A stretch of DNA of 64,000 bases from a virus. Location of the stretch: IMG/VR virus record IMGVR_UViG_3300021492_000072; one strand, given 5' to 3'. A program made the translations under genes and the position numbers. The notes under the pieces were generated by a model that worked only from the letters and a program-made list of their open reading frames with translations, was not told the DNA's origin and did not search any database. Shown piece by piece: positions 19,127-28,595 of the stretch (position 1 is the first letter of the stretch; each line of letters starts with the position of its first letter).

Positions 19127-19461
19127 TCTCTAACCTTCTCATATAGAAGTAAAAGATTTCTTTCACCTTGAGTCAACTCGAGTACCTCAAACAACCAATT
19201 AAGCAAATTTTCCAAATCAGCAAATTCTGGGCAAAAACCTTCGATCATCAGCGATTTATCCGTCGCCTTATATGTGCGCGCTATCTGTACACAACTTGGA
19301 AAGGTCTTCCTAAACCGTCTCCAGTACTCATAATGACGCGGATCAACCCGAATCCAGCACAAACCCACTGACGATCTAACCAACGCCGCTGATTCAACTT
19401 TTACATTGGGTACAGCTCGCTCTAGCAACCAAGCTAAACATTCTAGAGTGACCTTTGACAT
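19111..19461 (-). CDS. Array family member 7
   Basis: Family scaffold. Confidence 0.85.
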   Translation of the reverse strand: MSKVTLECLAWLLERAVPNVKVESAALVRSSVGLCWIRVDPRHYEYWRRFRKTFPSCVQIARTYKATDKSLMIEGFCPEFADLENLLNWLFEVLELTQGERNLLLLYEKVRECRRY

Positions 19462-19787
19462 GACTGTGCCTCAACACTAAGTTGTATAAACTTCCGTTCA
19501 CCCTGTGATAAACCTAGCGTATCCGCCAACCAATTAATTAAATCTTCTCTCACACGAAATACAGGACAGGATCCAAAAGGTACTAGTGAAGATTCCAATG
19601 CTTTATATTCACACGCGACTCGTTTCCAGTGTGGGTAGGTCCTCTTAAAGCGCTCCCAATAATAGCCATGATTTGGCTCAACCCAAATCCAATAATGGCC
19701 CGTAAACGTGCGAACCACCGCCGAAGTTGGCTCAACTCGTACGTCAGGCACGGCGCGGCGTAATATTGTTGTTAACACTCGAGTCAT
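19443..19787 (-). CDS. Array family member 8 (start MTRVL)
   Basis: Family scaffold. Confidence 0.85.
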   Translation of the reverse strand: MTRVLTTILRRAVPDVRVEPTSAVVRTFTGHYWIWVEPNHGYYWERFKRTYPHWKRVACEYKALESSLVPFGSCPVFRVREDLINWLADTLGLSQGERKFIQLSVEAQSCQRSL

Positions 19788-19789
19788 GA

Positions 19790-20122
19790 TCACACCCCTG
19801 CAGAAAGACGTAGAAGTTTGCGCTCTCCCTGTGTCAGACCCAGTGTGTCTGCTAACCAACCTATCAAGTCCTCTTTTGAAAGAAACTCTGGACAGAGCCA
19901 ACCAGTCATAAGTGAGTACCCAACAGCTCCATATTCATATGCTACCCGGCTAAAGTGAGGGTACATCTCTTGGAAACGAGTCCAGTACACATCATGATAC
20001 GGTTCCACACGGAGCCAATACCTACTCCCTAGGGGCCCAAAATCCCGCTTAACCACTTCCGCCGAGCCAACGTAAACAGTAGGTACAGCGTGAGACAATA
20101 CAAGAGCGACAAACTGCATCAT
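19790..20122 (-). CDS. Array family member 9 (start MMQFV)
   Basis: Family scaffold. Confidence 0.85.
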   Translation of the reverse strand: MMQFVALVLSHAVPTVYVGSAEVVKRDFGPLGSRYWLRVEPYHDVYWTRFQEMYPHFSRVAYEYGAVGYSLMTGWLCPEFLSKEDLIGWLADTLGLTQGERKLLRLSAGV

Positions 20123-20439
20123 TTGACTCCTTTGTACAAGCGTAGGAAGTCTCTCTCCCCCTGTGTTAGGTTCAGTACATCCATCACCCAACCTAACAGA
20201 TCCTCCTGTGTTGGAAACTTAGGACAACAATGCCCTAAAGTAAACCGCTCCGCTCCGTGTTTAAGAGCCAAATGCCTATAATGAGGATACTTTATCCGAA
20301 AGTAACCCCAAAAGTCTACATGATGTGGTTCAACATAAATAAAGTATCCCTCCTTTGATGACCACCGCTTCACCTCTACCGACGCTACATACACCTCAGG
20401 TACGGCGCGAGAAAGTAAAAATGTTAAAAGTTGTGTCAT
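20119..20439 (-). CDS. Array family member 10 (start MTQLL)
   Basis: Family scaffold. Confidence 0.85.
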   Translation of the reverse strand: MTQLLTFLLSRAVPEVYVASVEVKRWSSKEGYFIYVEPHHVDFWGYFRIKYPHYRHLALKHGAERFTLGHCCPKFPTQEDLLGWVMDVLNLTQGERDFLRLYKGVK

Positions 20440-20794
20440 CCGTTGTGCCTCCCCACAGCCGTAGAAGGTTGCGCTCACTATGGGTCAACTCAAGCACATC
20501 AAACAACCAGTTCATCAAGTCTCGCGCTGTAGTAAACTCTGGGCAGAAGCAATGCAAATCAGGTATTGTTCTATGCTTATACGCAATCTGTTTCCAGTTT
20601 GGGTGAGCCTCTTTGAAACACTTCCAGTACGTGTAGTGATCTGGATCAACCCGAATCCAGTATGTGGTTCGACCTGGCACAACCACCTGGATCCTGTGTT
20701 CAGTTTGATCTGTCCCAACAATTTCTGCGGAGACAACTCGTACTCCACTCACAGCACGAGACAAAATATATGTTAAAAACCTAGACCGTTTCAT
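20396..20794 (-). CDS. Array family member 11
   Basis: Family scaffold with loop-1 insertion. Confidence 0.85.
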   Translation of the reverse strand: MKRSRFLTYILSRAVSGVRVVSAEIVGTDQTEHRIQVVVPGRTTYWIRVDPDHYTYWKCFKEAHPNWKQIAYKHRTIPDLHCFCPEFTTARDLMNWLFDVLELTHSERNLLRLWGGTTDDTTFNIFTFSRRT

Positions 20795-21105
20795 AATCCT
20801 ACATCAAGAAGCAAGAGTTTACGCTCACCATCAGTCAAACCTAATATCTCTGATAGCCAATCAGTCAACGCGTCCCGCGAGCAAAACTCTGGGCAAGCAA
20901 CCTCATGGACTCTCGCGTTACGCTTCCGTGCCAAACGTGTACAATCAGGATACCTCTCTCTGAACCGCTTCCAATAACCAGATTGATCGGGTGTAACGTA
21001 AATGTAAAACCATGTTCCACTACGGTATCGAACGCAAGATATCTCCACTGAGTCAATACACGCGCCAGGCACAGCGTGGGAGAGTATAGACATTAACAAA
21101 CTCAT
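20791..21105 (-). CDS. Array family member 12
   Basis: Family scaffold. Confidence 0.85.
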   Translation of the reverse strand: MSLLMSILSHAVPGACIDSVEISCVRYRSGTWFYIYVTPDQSGYWKRFRERYPDCTRLARKRNARVHEVACPEFCSRDALTDWLSEILGLTDGERKLLLLDVGL

Positions 21106-21431
21106 ACCCCTCCTTCGCGAAGTTGCAAAAGATTTCGCTCCCCTTTTGACACATTTAGCACATCAAACAACCAATCTAACAAGTTCTCTAAAGAAGTAAA
21201 CTCAGGGCAGTTCCCAGAAGGTATTAACGAAGCCCCTAACGCTTCATACTTACACACAACCCGCTTCCACTGTGGATAGACTCTTTTAAAGCGTTCCCAA
21301 TAATAACCATGACTCGGCTTAACTAAAAGCCAGTATCGGCCTCTCACTGACTCAACAACTTCCACAGAGTCAACTCGCACTTCACTCACAGCTTGAGATA
21401 AGATATATGCTAAAAACCCAGACCGTTTCAT
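21102..21431 (-). CDS. Array family member 13
   Basis: Family scaffold. Confidence 0.85.
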   Translation of the reverse strand: MKRSGFLAYILSQAVSEVRVDSVEVVESVRGRYWLLVKPSHGYYWERFKRVYPQWKRVVCKYEALGASLIPSGNCPEFTSLENLLDWLFDVLNVSKGERNLLQLREGGV

Positions 21432-21748
21432 AATCCTACATCAAGAAGTAAGAGTTTACGCTCACCACGCGTCAACCCCAGCACCTTAGACAACCACTCC
21501 ACTAAACCTCTTCGCGTGGAAGACGTGGGCCAGCAAACTTCAGCGGCCGATAGTGGTACTACTCTATATTTGCGAACCATCTGCTCCCAATAAGGGTAAG
21601 CTCTTTCAAAACGCTCCCAATAACTGTAGTGATCTGGCTCAACCCAAATCCAATACAGATCCCCTACTTTAGTCAACGTTGCAGAATCAATCGGAACCCC
21701 ACTTACAGCTCGAGTCAAAATATATGTTAAAAACTTAAACCGTCCCAT
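21428..21748 (-). CDS. Array family member 14
   Basis: Family scaffold; CPEF replaced by WPTS. Confidence 0.85.
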   Translation of the reverse strand: MGRFKFLTYILTRAVSGVPIDSATLTKVGDLYWIWVEPDHYSYWERFERAYPYWEQMVRKYRVVPLSAAEVCWPTSSTRRGLVEWLSKVLGLTRGERKLLLLDVGL

Positions 21749-22062
21749 AGTCCTACATCGAGGAGTAAGAGTTTACATTCACCTTGTGTCAACTTCAACG
21801 TATCAGACAACCACCCCACTAAAGCCTTTTGTGTAGGAGACGCTGGCCATCGAATTTCGTCTACCGTTAGAATTGTTAACTCATATTTATAAGCCACTTG
21901 CTCCCAGTGGGGGTAAGTTCTTTCAAACCAATCCCAATATGCATAATGGCTAGGAGCGACTAGGAACCAGTACAAATCTCCTACTCCTTTGATCAACGTC
22001 ACTGAATCGACCTGGATATTAGGTACAGCGCGAGTCATTATCAGGGTTAACAGTTGAGTCAT
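21727..22062 (-). CDS. Array family member 15 (start MTQLL)
   Basis: Family scaffold; WPAS variant. Confidence 0.85.
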   Translation of the reverse strand: MTQLLTLIMTRAVPNIQVDSVTLIKGVGDLYWFLVAPSHYAYWDWFERTYPHWEQVAYKYELTILTVDEIRWPASPTQKALVGWLSDTLKLTQGECKLLLLDVGLWDGLSF

Positions 22063-22406
22063 CCTACTATATTTTCCATGAGGTACAAAAGGTTTCTTTC
22101 TCCCGAGGGTAGGTTTAACACATCTGATAGCCAACTCAACAGCCCTTTCTGAGTAGAAAACACTGGGCACCGGATTCCTGTTACCGATGATAACACCCCA
22201 TACTTACGAGCCAACCGCTTCCAGTGAGGATAAGACTTCTTAAAACGCGTCCAGAACTCATAATGATTTGGGGTAACTAGCAGCCAACACGGACCCCCCA
22301 CCGATCCAACCACCGCCACCGAATCGACCCGCACATCCGGCACAGCTCGCGACAATATAGGCTTCGCCAGTGAAATTTTCCGCAAGTAAGTTAACGACCT
22401 TGACAT
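22059..22406 (-). CDS. Array family member 16
   Basis: Family scaffold. Confidence 0.85.
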   Translation of the reverse strand: MSRSLTYLRKISLAKPILSRAVPDVRVDSVAVVGSVGGPCWLLVTPNHYEFWTRFKKSYPHWKRLARKYGVLSSVTGIRCPVFSTQKGLLSWLSDVLNLPSGERNLLYLMENIVG

Positions 22407-22762
22407 CCTATTTTACCCCCCACAAGGTGTAGGAGCCTTCTCTCTCCTGGGGTCAAGTTCAACACATCTGATAGCCAGTCCAACAACTTCTTCTGTGTAG
22501 GAAACACTGGGCAACAGCCTCTCGTTACTGACTGCGACAAAACTCCATGTCTATAAGCCACTTGCCTCCAGTGAGGGTAAGTGCTTTCAAAACGATCCCA
22601 GTACTTATAATGACTGGGAGCGACCAGAAACCAGTACTGATCCCCTAGTGACTTAACTATCACCACTGAGTCAACCCGCGCATCCGGCACAGCACGTGAC
22701 AACAAAGACTTTATTAACATAACTTCCGTAACTTTCCAGAACCGAGTCAACAACCGCGACAT
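22391..22762 (-). CDS. Array family member 17 (start MSRLL)
   Basis: Family scaffold. Confidence 0.85.
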   Translation of the reverse strand: MSRLLTRFWKVTEVMLIKSLLSRAVPDARVDSVVIVKSLGDQYWFLVAPSHYKYWDRFESTYPHWRQVAYRHGVLSQSVTRGCCPVFPTQKKLLDWLSDVLNLTPGERRLLHLVGGKIGCQGR

Positions 22763-23148
22763 CTTATTTTGCCCTCCATGAGGTACAAAAGGTTTCTTTC
22801 TCCTGGCGACAAACTCAACACATCTGATAACCAATCAATTAACATACCCCGTGAAGAAAATTCTGGGCACAGTTTACGAGTCGTAACCGAGTAAGTTGCC
22901 GACCTATATTTATATGCAACCTGCTTCCAATGAGGATAGATTTCCCTGAAACGTCTCCAATAAATATAGGGTTCTGGCCTAACATCAAATGAATATGCAA
23001 CTCCCAACTTAACAGGATATGGTGTCATCTTTTTAAAATCGAAAGACCACTGTAAGGGCACAAGCGACTCAACTACCTCTACTTTCCAAACACGTACACC
23101 CGGCACGGCACGCGAAAGTAAAGAGGTCAAGAAACGCGACATAGTCAT
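22747..23148 (-). CDS. Array family member 18
   Basis: Family scaffold with long loop-1 insertion. Confidence 0.85.
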   Translation of the reverse strand: MTMSRFLTSLLSRAVPGVRVWKVEVVESLVPLQWSFDFKKMTPYPVKLGVAYSFDVRPEPYIYWRRFREIYPHWKQVAYKYRSATYSVTTRKLCPEFSSRGMLIDWLSDVLSLSPGERNLLYLMEGKIRCRGC

Positions 23149-23200
23149 ACTCTCACAAAGTCGTAGCAGCTCTCTGTAACCTTACCATAGCGACGCCAAG

Positions 23201-23539
23201 CTAAGAACGTAGGACGTGATATCGTCTAACCTTATTTAAGTAAAGACGCAAGAAAGTTTCCTCCCCCTTCGTCAAACTCAACACATCGATTACCCATTCA
23301 ATCAAGTCCTCCTCTGTGTTAAACTCCGGGCAAGGTAAGTTAAGCTCAACCACATTATGACGCAATGCAACTTGATCCCAATCTGGGTACACCTCTTTGA
23401 ACAAAAACCAGTACGCTGTGTGGTCTGGGTTTACTTGTATGTAATACGAATCCTTTGTAGACCAACGGACAACTCTCGCCAATGTCACACATGCTCCAGA
23501 CACAGCTCGACTTAGTATTGTTGTTAACACTCGAGACAC
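23201..23539 (-). CDS. Array family member 19
   Basis: Family scaffold. Confidence 0.85.
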   Translation of the reverse strand: MSRVLTTILSRAVSGACVTLARVVRWSTKDSYYIQVNPDHTAYWFLFKEVYPDWDQVALRHNVVELNLPCPEFNTEEDLIEWVIDVLSLTKGEETFLRLYLNKVRRYHVLRS

Positions 23540-23569
23540 GGTCGCACCCCAACACCGGAGCGAAAGTTA

Positions 23570-23929
23570 TCACTTCATTATACAAAGATGAAGTAAATTT
23601 CTTTCCCCCTGTGACAAACCCAGTACGTCAACCAACCAATTTATCAAATCTCGCCGGGTAGGAAACTCAGGACAGCACTGTGAATTGATGGACTGTTCCT
23701 CTACTCCATATCTCAAAGCAACCCGCTTATACTGAGGATATCTTCTATGAAAACGTAGCCAGTACTCCACATGGTCAGGATATACAGTTAAAAAGTATGC
23801 TTCTATCCCATCTTCAACCCAGCATGAAACTTTTGCCCTTGTGACACAAACTTCTGGTACAGCTTGTGCCATAACAGCAGTAAGTAACTTTACTGTGTTC
23901 GCCTCACACATTTTTACGTTCTCATACAA
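23570..23929 (-). CDS. Array family member 20
   Basis: Family scaffold. Confidence 0.85.
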   Translation of the reverse strand: MYENVKMCEANTVKLLTAVMAQAVPEVCVTRAKVSCWVEDGIEAYFLTVYPDHVEYWLRFHRRYPQYKRVALRYGVEEQSINSQCCPEFPTRRDLINWLVDVLGLSQGERNLLHLCIMK

Positions 23930-24225
23930 AGTCGTAGTAGCTTTCTCTCTCCTCGTGACAAGCTCAATACGTCAACTAACCAATTCACCAAGTCTGCTTT
24001 GTTAAAGAATTTAGGGCAACACCCCGAAATATTGTGCTCACTCACCCCATACCTCAAAGCAATTCGTTTATAATGTGGATACTTCTTATGAAACCGTAAC
24101 CAATACTTCACGTGACTGGGGTAAACAATTATAAAGTACGCCTTAGCCAAGGGGGCGTATGTAATTTCTGCTCTCTCAACAAACACTTCTGGTACAGCTC
24201 GGGCTAGTACACGTGTTAGTGCCAA
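23914..24225 (-). CDS. Array family member 21
   Basis: Family scaffold. Confidence 0.85.
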   Translation of the reverse strand: MALTRVLARAVPEVFVERAEITYAPLAKAYFIIVYPSHVKYWLRFHKKYPHYKRIALRYGVSEHNISGCCPKFFNKADLVNWLVDVLSLSRGERKLLRLCMRT

Positions 24226-24228
24226 CGC

Positions 24229-24555
24229 TTACCTCCTCAACGCGAGACGCAACAAAGATCTTTCACCCCCTGTTACGCTCACTACATCAATCAGCCAGTT
24301 AATTAAGTCCTCCTTCGTGTTAAACTCTGGACAGGGGGTGAGAAGCTTAGCCGCGTTATACTTCATTGCCGCTTGCTTCCAATATGGGTAAGTTTTCTTG
24401 AACGTCATCCAATATTCCATATGGACCGGATATACATTTATGAAGTACAGCCCCTCTGAGGGCCAGCGTGTAATCCTCGCCGCTGTAACACGTACATCTG
24501 GAGTAGCTCGATCTAGTATGTGGGCCAGCATCTTGGATACCTTATCCATTATCAT
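24229..24555 (-). CDS. Array family member 22
   Basis: Family scaffold. Confidence 0.85.
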   Translation of the reverse strand: MIMDKVSKMLAHILDRATPDVRVTAARITRWPSEGLYFINVYPVHMEYWMTFKKTYPYWKQAAMKYNAAKLLTPCPEFNTKEDLINWLIDVVSVTGGERSLLRLALRR

Positions 24556-24869
24556 CTCTCATAGATTCGTAAAAGCTTTTGTACTCCTTTCGACAAACCC
24601 ACAGTATCTGACAGCCATTTGATAAGATCTTCACGCCTAAAAAACTCAGGACACGTTCTATCAAATTCCTGTTTAACCTCCTTTAAAACATACTTATTGA
24701 CTGCTCGACTCCACTGTGGATAAATCTTCTTAAACCAATACCAATATAGAATATGATTAGGAGTAATACGGATCCAATACAATCCCCTTGGTTCTCTAAC
24801 TATCTCTGCGGACTCAACATACATGCTTGGTACGGCCCGCTCCATAACAACAGTAAGTAAAGTCGACAC
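24552..24869 (-). CDS. Array family member 23
   Basis: Family scaffold. Confidence 0.85.
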   Translation of the reverse strand: MSTLLTVVMERAVPSMYVESAEIVREPRGLYWIRITPNHILYWYWFKKIYPQWSRAVNKYVLKEVKQEFDRTCPEFFRREDLIKWLSDTVGLSKGVQKLLRIYER

Positions 24870-24872
24870 AAC

Positions 24873-25256
24873 CTACACCTCACCGCATAGACGCAGAAGC
24901 TTTCTTTCCCCTGGGGATAAGCTTAACACATCTGATAACCAACTAACCAGCGCGTCTTGTGAAGGAAACTCCGGGCACAACCTGCAAACCACAACTGAAT
25001 ACACTGTTGCTCCATATTTAAACGCTAATTGTTCCCAACTAGGAAAGGTCTCCCTGAACCGCCTCCAGTACACATAAGGTCTTGGTCTAACGTCTAAAGT
25101 ATATTTATACTCAGCCTCAATTACACGAAACGCTCCTGTCTCTAAATCCAGACCCCATTGTGGGTTCGTGGGTGATTCAACTACCTGTACTGTCTCAACA
25201 CATACATCAGGTACAGCGTGAGACAAAATGAAAGTTAATAAGTGCGCCACGATCAA
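24873..25256 (-). CDS. Array family member 24
   Basis: Family scaffold; loop-1 insertion like member 18. Confidence 0.85.
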   Translation of the reverse strand: MIVAHLLTFILSHAVPDVCVETVQVVESPTNPQWGLDLETGAFRVIEAEYKYTLDVRPRPYVYWRRFRETFPSWEQLAFKYGATVYSVVVCRLCPEFPSQDALVSWLSDVLSLSPGERKLLRLCGEV

Positions 25257-25552
25257 AACCCCACACTAATCCGTAAAAGATTATTTTCCCCTTGTGTCAG
25301 ATCTAACACATCTGACAACCATTCGATCACCTTAGCTCGTGAAGAAAATATAGGAGTGAGCTTAAAACCCAAAAGACCGTGTCTAAAGCCCACTCGCTTC
25401 CAGTGCGGGTAAAGTTCCATGAACCGCTCCCAGTATCTTTCATGACTCGGTTCAACCTGGATCCAGTACATCTTTGCTGTAAACCATTGTTCAACTCTTG
25501 CCGACTCAACCCGTACATCAGGTACAGCACGTGACAGTATAGTAGCTAGCAC
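25253..25552 (-). CDS. Array family member 25
   Basis: Family scaffold. Confidence 0.85.
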   Translation of the reverse strand: MLATILSRAVPDVRVESARVEQWFTAKMYWIQVEPSHERYWERFMELYPHWKRVGFRHGLLGFKLTPIFSSRAKVIEWLSDVLDLTQGENNLLRISVGF

Positions 25553-25881
25553 TTATACCCCGTTTCAGTAAAAAGATGTAATAAGTTCCTCTCTCCCTGT
25601 GGTAAATTTAACGTATCTATTAACCAACCTAATAGTCCTTTTAGTGTAGGAAACTCAGGGCAGAGGCACTCTAAAGTGTGCTTCTTTGCCCCATACCTAA
25701 GAGCTATGTATTTATAGTGAGGATACCTCACATGAAAGCGCTCCCAGTATCTTTTATGATCTGGTTCAACAAACACAACGTAAACCTCATCTGACGTGTC
25801 CGGCTCATCTGACCACCACTTCACCTCAACCGATTCAACTCGCACTTCCGGGACAGCGCGTGACAATATAGCAGTTAACAC
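25546..25881 (-). CDS. Array family member 26
   Basis: Family scaffold. Confidence 0.85.
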   Translation of the reverse strand: MLTAILSRAVPEVRVESVEVKWWSDEPDTSDEVYVVFVEPDHKRYWERFHVRYPHYKYIALRYGAKKHTLECLCPEFPTLKGLLGWLIDTLNLPQGERNLLHLFTETGYKC

Positions 25882-26204
25882 TTACACTCCTGTTTCATCA
25901 AAAGTTGTAATAGATTTCTTTCTCCTCGCGGCAGGATCAGTACATCAAACAGCCAGTTCATTAAGTTTTCGGCGGAATCAAATTCAGGGCAAGCAGCCTC
26001 GATTGCCTTCGCTCCGTACTTCAAAGCAACTCGCTCCCAATGAGGATACCGCTTCTTAAACTGTAGCCAATAGCCACTATGATCAGGGTCTACGAAGATG
26101 AAATAGAGACGAACATCCCACCACGGAACATGGGACACCCATGCTGATTCGACTCGCGCACCTGGCACGGCACGTGACATCATGAAAGTTAATAATTGTG
26201 ACAT
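25875..26204 (-). CDS. Array family member 27
   Basis: Family scaffold. Confidence 0.85.
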   Translation of the reverse strand: MSQLLTFMMSRAVPGARVESAWVSHVPWWDVRLYFIFVDPDHSGYWLQFKKRYPHWERVALKYGAKAIEAACPEFDSAENLMNWLFDVLILPRGERNLLQLLMKQECKC

Positions 26205-26554
26205 GACTGTGTCCTCATATAGAAACGTAAGAAGTCACGCTTTTTCTGTGTCGCGCACGCTATGCACGCCAACCATCCAAACAAATCCCTCTTCAAAAGA
26301 AACTCAGGACAAAGACACGTGAGGCCTTCCGACCTAGTTAGCGCACCATATCTTTTACACGCCAGAAAAATAAATTCAGGATACCTATCCTGGAACCGAG
26401 ACCAGTACTTGAAGTGCTCAGGAGAAACCTGAAGGTAAAGCCGACTTCCATGGCCGGTTCGTATCTCTACCGAATCAACACATACGTCTGGAACCAACCT
26501 CTGTAACGCTGACCGAATCAATGAATCGCTCCTAATAGCATTAACATATGACAT
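26189..26554 (-). CDS. Array family member 28
   Basis: QRLVPD variant. Confidence 0.8.
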   Translation of the reverse strand: MSYVNAIRSDSLIRSALQRLVPDVCVDSVEIRTGHGSRLYLQVSPEHFKYWSRFQDRYPEFIFLACKRYGALTRSEGLTCLCPEFLLKRDLFGWLACIACATQKKRDFLRFYMRTQSCHNY

Positions 26555-26877
26555 CTCACCACATTACTACAAAAACGCAATAGCTTCCTCTCTCCTTGTG
26601 TTAAACCTAATACATCTGACAACCAATTCAACAAGTCCGATGTTGTGGTAAATTCTGGGCAAGCAACATCATCAACCCTCGCGCCACGGCTTCGCGCTAA
26701 GTAGATGCTATCAGGGTACCGTTCTTTAAACCGACCCCAGTACTCCGCGTGATCTGGAGTAACCGCAATGAAGTACTTTTTACTCTTTGTTGATGTCGCA
26801 ACCGACGCGCGACTGACAGATACATCGGATACCGCGCGTGATAGTATGTCAGTTAATAATTGCATTAAATCATCCAA
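26518..26877 (-). CDS. Array family member 29
   Basis: Family scaffold. Confidence 0.85.
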   Translation of the reverse strand: MDDLMQLLTDILSRAVSDVSVSRASVATSTKSKKYFIAVTPDHAEYWGRFKERYPDSIYLARSRGARVDDVACPEFTTTSDLLNWLSDVLGLTQGERKLLRFCSNVVRCHMLMLLGAIH

Positions 26878-27182
26878 AGTCGTAATAAGTTTTTTTCACC
26901 CTGGGTTAAACGAAATATATCCGCCAACCAACTGAATAAGTCCTCCTTCGAAGCAAACACAGGACAAAGGTACAGACGACCATCTTTTGCCCTCCGTGAA
27001 GCGTTATACCTTCTACACGCTAAAGTTATAAGCTCACGGTGTTCGTGCCGGAATTGAACCCAGTACGCTTGATGATCCGGTTGAACAAATAGGTAGTACC
27101 CCTGATCACGTGCATTTACCACACGTACTGACTCAACACATACATCCGGAATTAACCTCTGAAACAATGACTGCGTCATCAT
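26865..27182 (-). CDS. Array family member 30 (start MMTQS)
   Basis: QRLIPD variant. Confidence 0.8.
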   Translation of the reverse strand: MMTQSLFQRLIPDVCVESVRVVNARDQGYYLFVQPDHQAYWVQFRHEHRELITLACRRYNASRRAKDGRLYLCPVFASKEDLFSWLADIFRLTQGEKNLLRLWMI

Positions 27183-27475
27183 AGCATTAAATGCAGCAAA
27201 TTTCTCTCTCCGTGTGTCAAGCACAAAGTATCCGACAGCCAATTAATCAGGGCCTCTCTTGCACAAAACTCCGGACAAGCAGTGAGTCTAATTTCCGCGC
27301 CGTGCTTTAACGCCAGACGCAAACAATGAGGGTACACCTCTTTGAACCGCCTCCAATACCTGTCATGATTTGGGCTAACTCGGATCCAGCACACTGCTCT
27401 GGCTGGTGATTTAACTATTTCCGCTGACTCAACTTGAACGTCCGGTACAGCCCGACTTAACACCACCGCTAACAT
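27179..27475 (-). CDS. Array family member 31
   Basis: Family scaffold. Confidence 0.85.
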   Translation of the reverse strand: MLAVVLSRAVPDVQVESAEIVKSPARAVCWIRVSPNHDRYWRRFKEVYPHCLRLALKHGAEIRLTACPEFCAREALINWLSDTLCLTHGERNLLHLML

Positions 27476-27482
27476 TGTAACA

Positions 27483-27782
27483 CTACTTTATAGTAAGGTG
27501 TAAAAGATTACGCTCACCTGGTGTCAAATCCAACGTGTCCGACAACCAATCAATTAAGTCCTTCTTTGTATGAAACTCTGGGCAAGCAGTGTGAAAAACT
27601 CTTGCGCCACGATCTTGTGCAAGGCCTAAACTGTAAGAGTACCTTTTTCTGAACCGTCCCCAGTACCTAAAATGGTTAGGAGTAATGTGTATATAAAACC
27701 TGTTATCAACACGAGCTATCTCTACTAACTCGACACGAGCATCAGGCACAGCACGTGCCAGTAAACGAGCTAACAATTCCAA
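27483..27782 (-). CDS. Array family member 32 (first transcribed)
   Basis: Family scaffold. Confidence 0.85.
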   Translation of the reverse strand: MELLARLLARAVPDARVELVEIARVDNRFYIHITPNHFRYWGRFRKRYSYSLGLAQDRGARVFHTACPEFHTKKDLIDWLSDTLDLTPGERNLLHLTIK

Positions 27783-28252
27783 TTAGAAAAGTCCTCCTCA
27801 CTAAGATATAAGTCCGTACCAACCTTAACCGCGGTCACGTCTCTAAAGAAGCATCCATGATTCGTTATATGTACAAATGTAACTGGTTCCACGCCGGAAG
27901 GTTCTATTGACAAGTGATAGTGATCGTCACAATCCACATAACATCCACGTAAATCATCAAGAGCGTAACCTAGTTTATCAACTACATGGTTATAACCACA
28001 CTCTTTAAGATCTTTATACTCCTCAATACGCCGTAACTTCACCCAGCGTTTTTGTGGGTTAACAACCTGACCATCAATCGGTTCTACATCAAAAGTCAGG
28101 CTACCGCAGACATCAGGACCGAAATAGTCCTGAAATATCTGGTACAATTCCTCATAGAGATCTTCAACGGACTGAATAGGGGTCCTAATAGCCCCCTTAA
28201 CCGCGATTCTGTAGCACTTCATAACCTTTCCTCCGGTCCCATTAATCACCAA
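27770..28252 (-). CDS. Hypothetical protein; C-terminal half resembles 39478..39768
   Basis: KLRRI..DL..YV.....VGTDLYLSEE vs KLREI..DLKGKYV..VGNELYIAEE. Confidence 0.7.
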   Translation of the reverse strand: MVINGTGGKVMKCYRIAVKGAIRTPIQSVEDLYEELYQIFQDYFGPDVCGSLTFDVEPIDGQVVNPQKRWVKLRRIEEYKDLKECGYNHVVDKLGYALDDLRGCYVDCDDHYHLSIEPSGVEPVTFVHITNHGCFFRDVTAVKVGTDLYLSEEDFSNWNC

Positions 28253-28559
28253 ACAAGGCTTCCTCTATAGAATTGTCTAATGCCACCACTTCCGACTCTA
28301 AATCTTCTAAGCAGCGTTTGACCCTAGCCAACTCCCCCTTCACCTTCTTCGCGTCTACAACATTTGTGACTGCTCCTGATGTTAAATTAAGCATGCAAAA
28401 ATCAGCTTTACCATTAAGTGCATCCTTATCTACTTCAGTACTCCCCTGTAGAACTTCCAACTTAATTGGCTCTTCAAATCTAACTACTCTATCCATCATA
28501 AACACCACAGAGACCCACACACCCCCTTGATTCCTCTCAATCGTCAAAGTGCGTTTCAT
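28242..28559 (-). CDS. Hypothetical protein (KLEVLQG family)
   Basis: Paralog of 406..762. Confidence 0.75.
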   Translation of the reverse strand: MKRTLTIERNQGGVWVSVVFMMDRVVRFEEPIKLEVLQGSTEVDKDALNGKADFCMLNLTSGAVTNVVDAKKVKGELARVKRCLEDLESEVVALDNSIEEALFGD

Positions 28560-28595
28560 CTTTACCTCCTTCTACGGGATAAGCACTCTTCCCAA

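Larger units (their letters stand above)
17185..27782 (-). repeat. Tandem array of 32 paralogous ~100-130 aa genes (RAVP...CPEF...WL.D.L.L..GER.LL family)
   Basis: Every ORF tiling this 10.6 kb carries the same scaffold; genes abut or overlap. Confidence 0.95.

Noticed and set aside
17185-27782. CRISPR array, integron cassette array or DGR target array
   Set aside because: Repeats are protein-level and degenerate; genes overlap, leaving no room for attC sites or direct repeats; no integrase or reverse transcriptase, and no adenine-only variant pair noticed in the window
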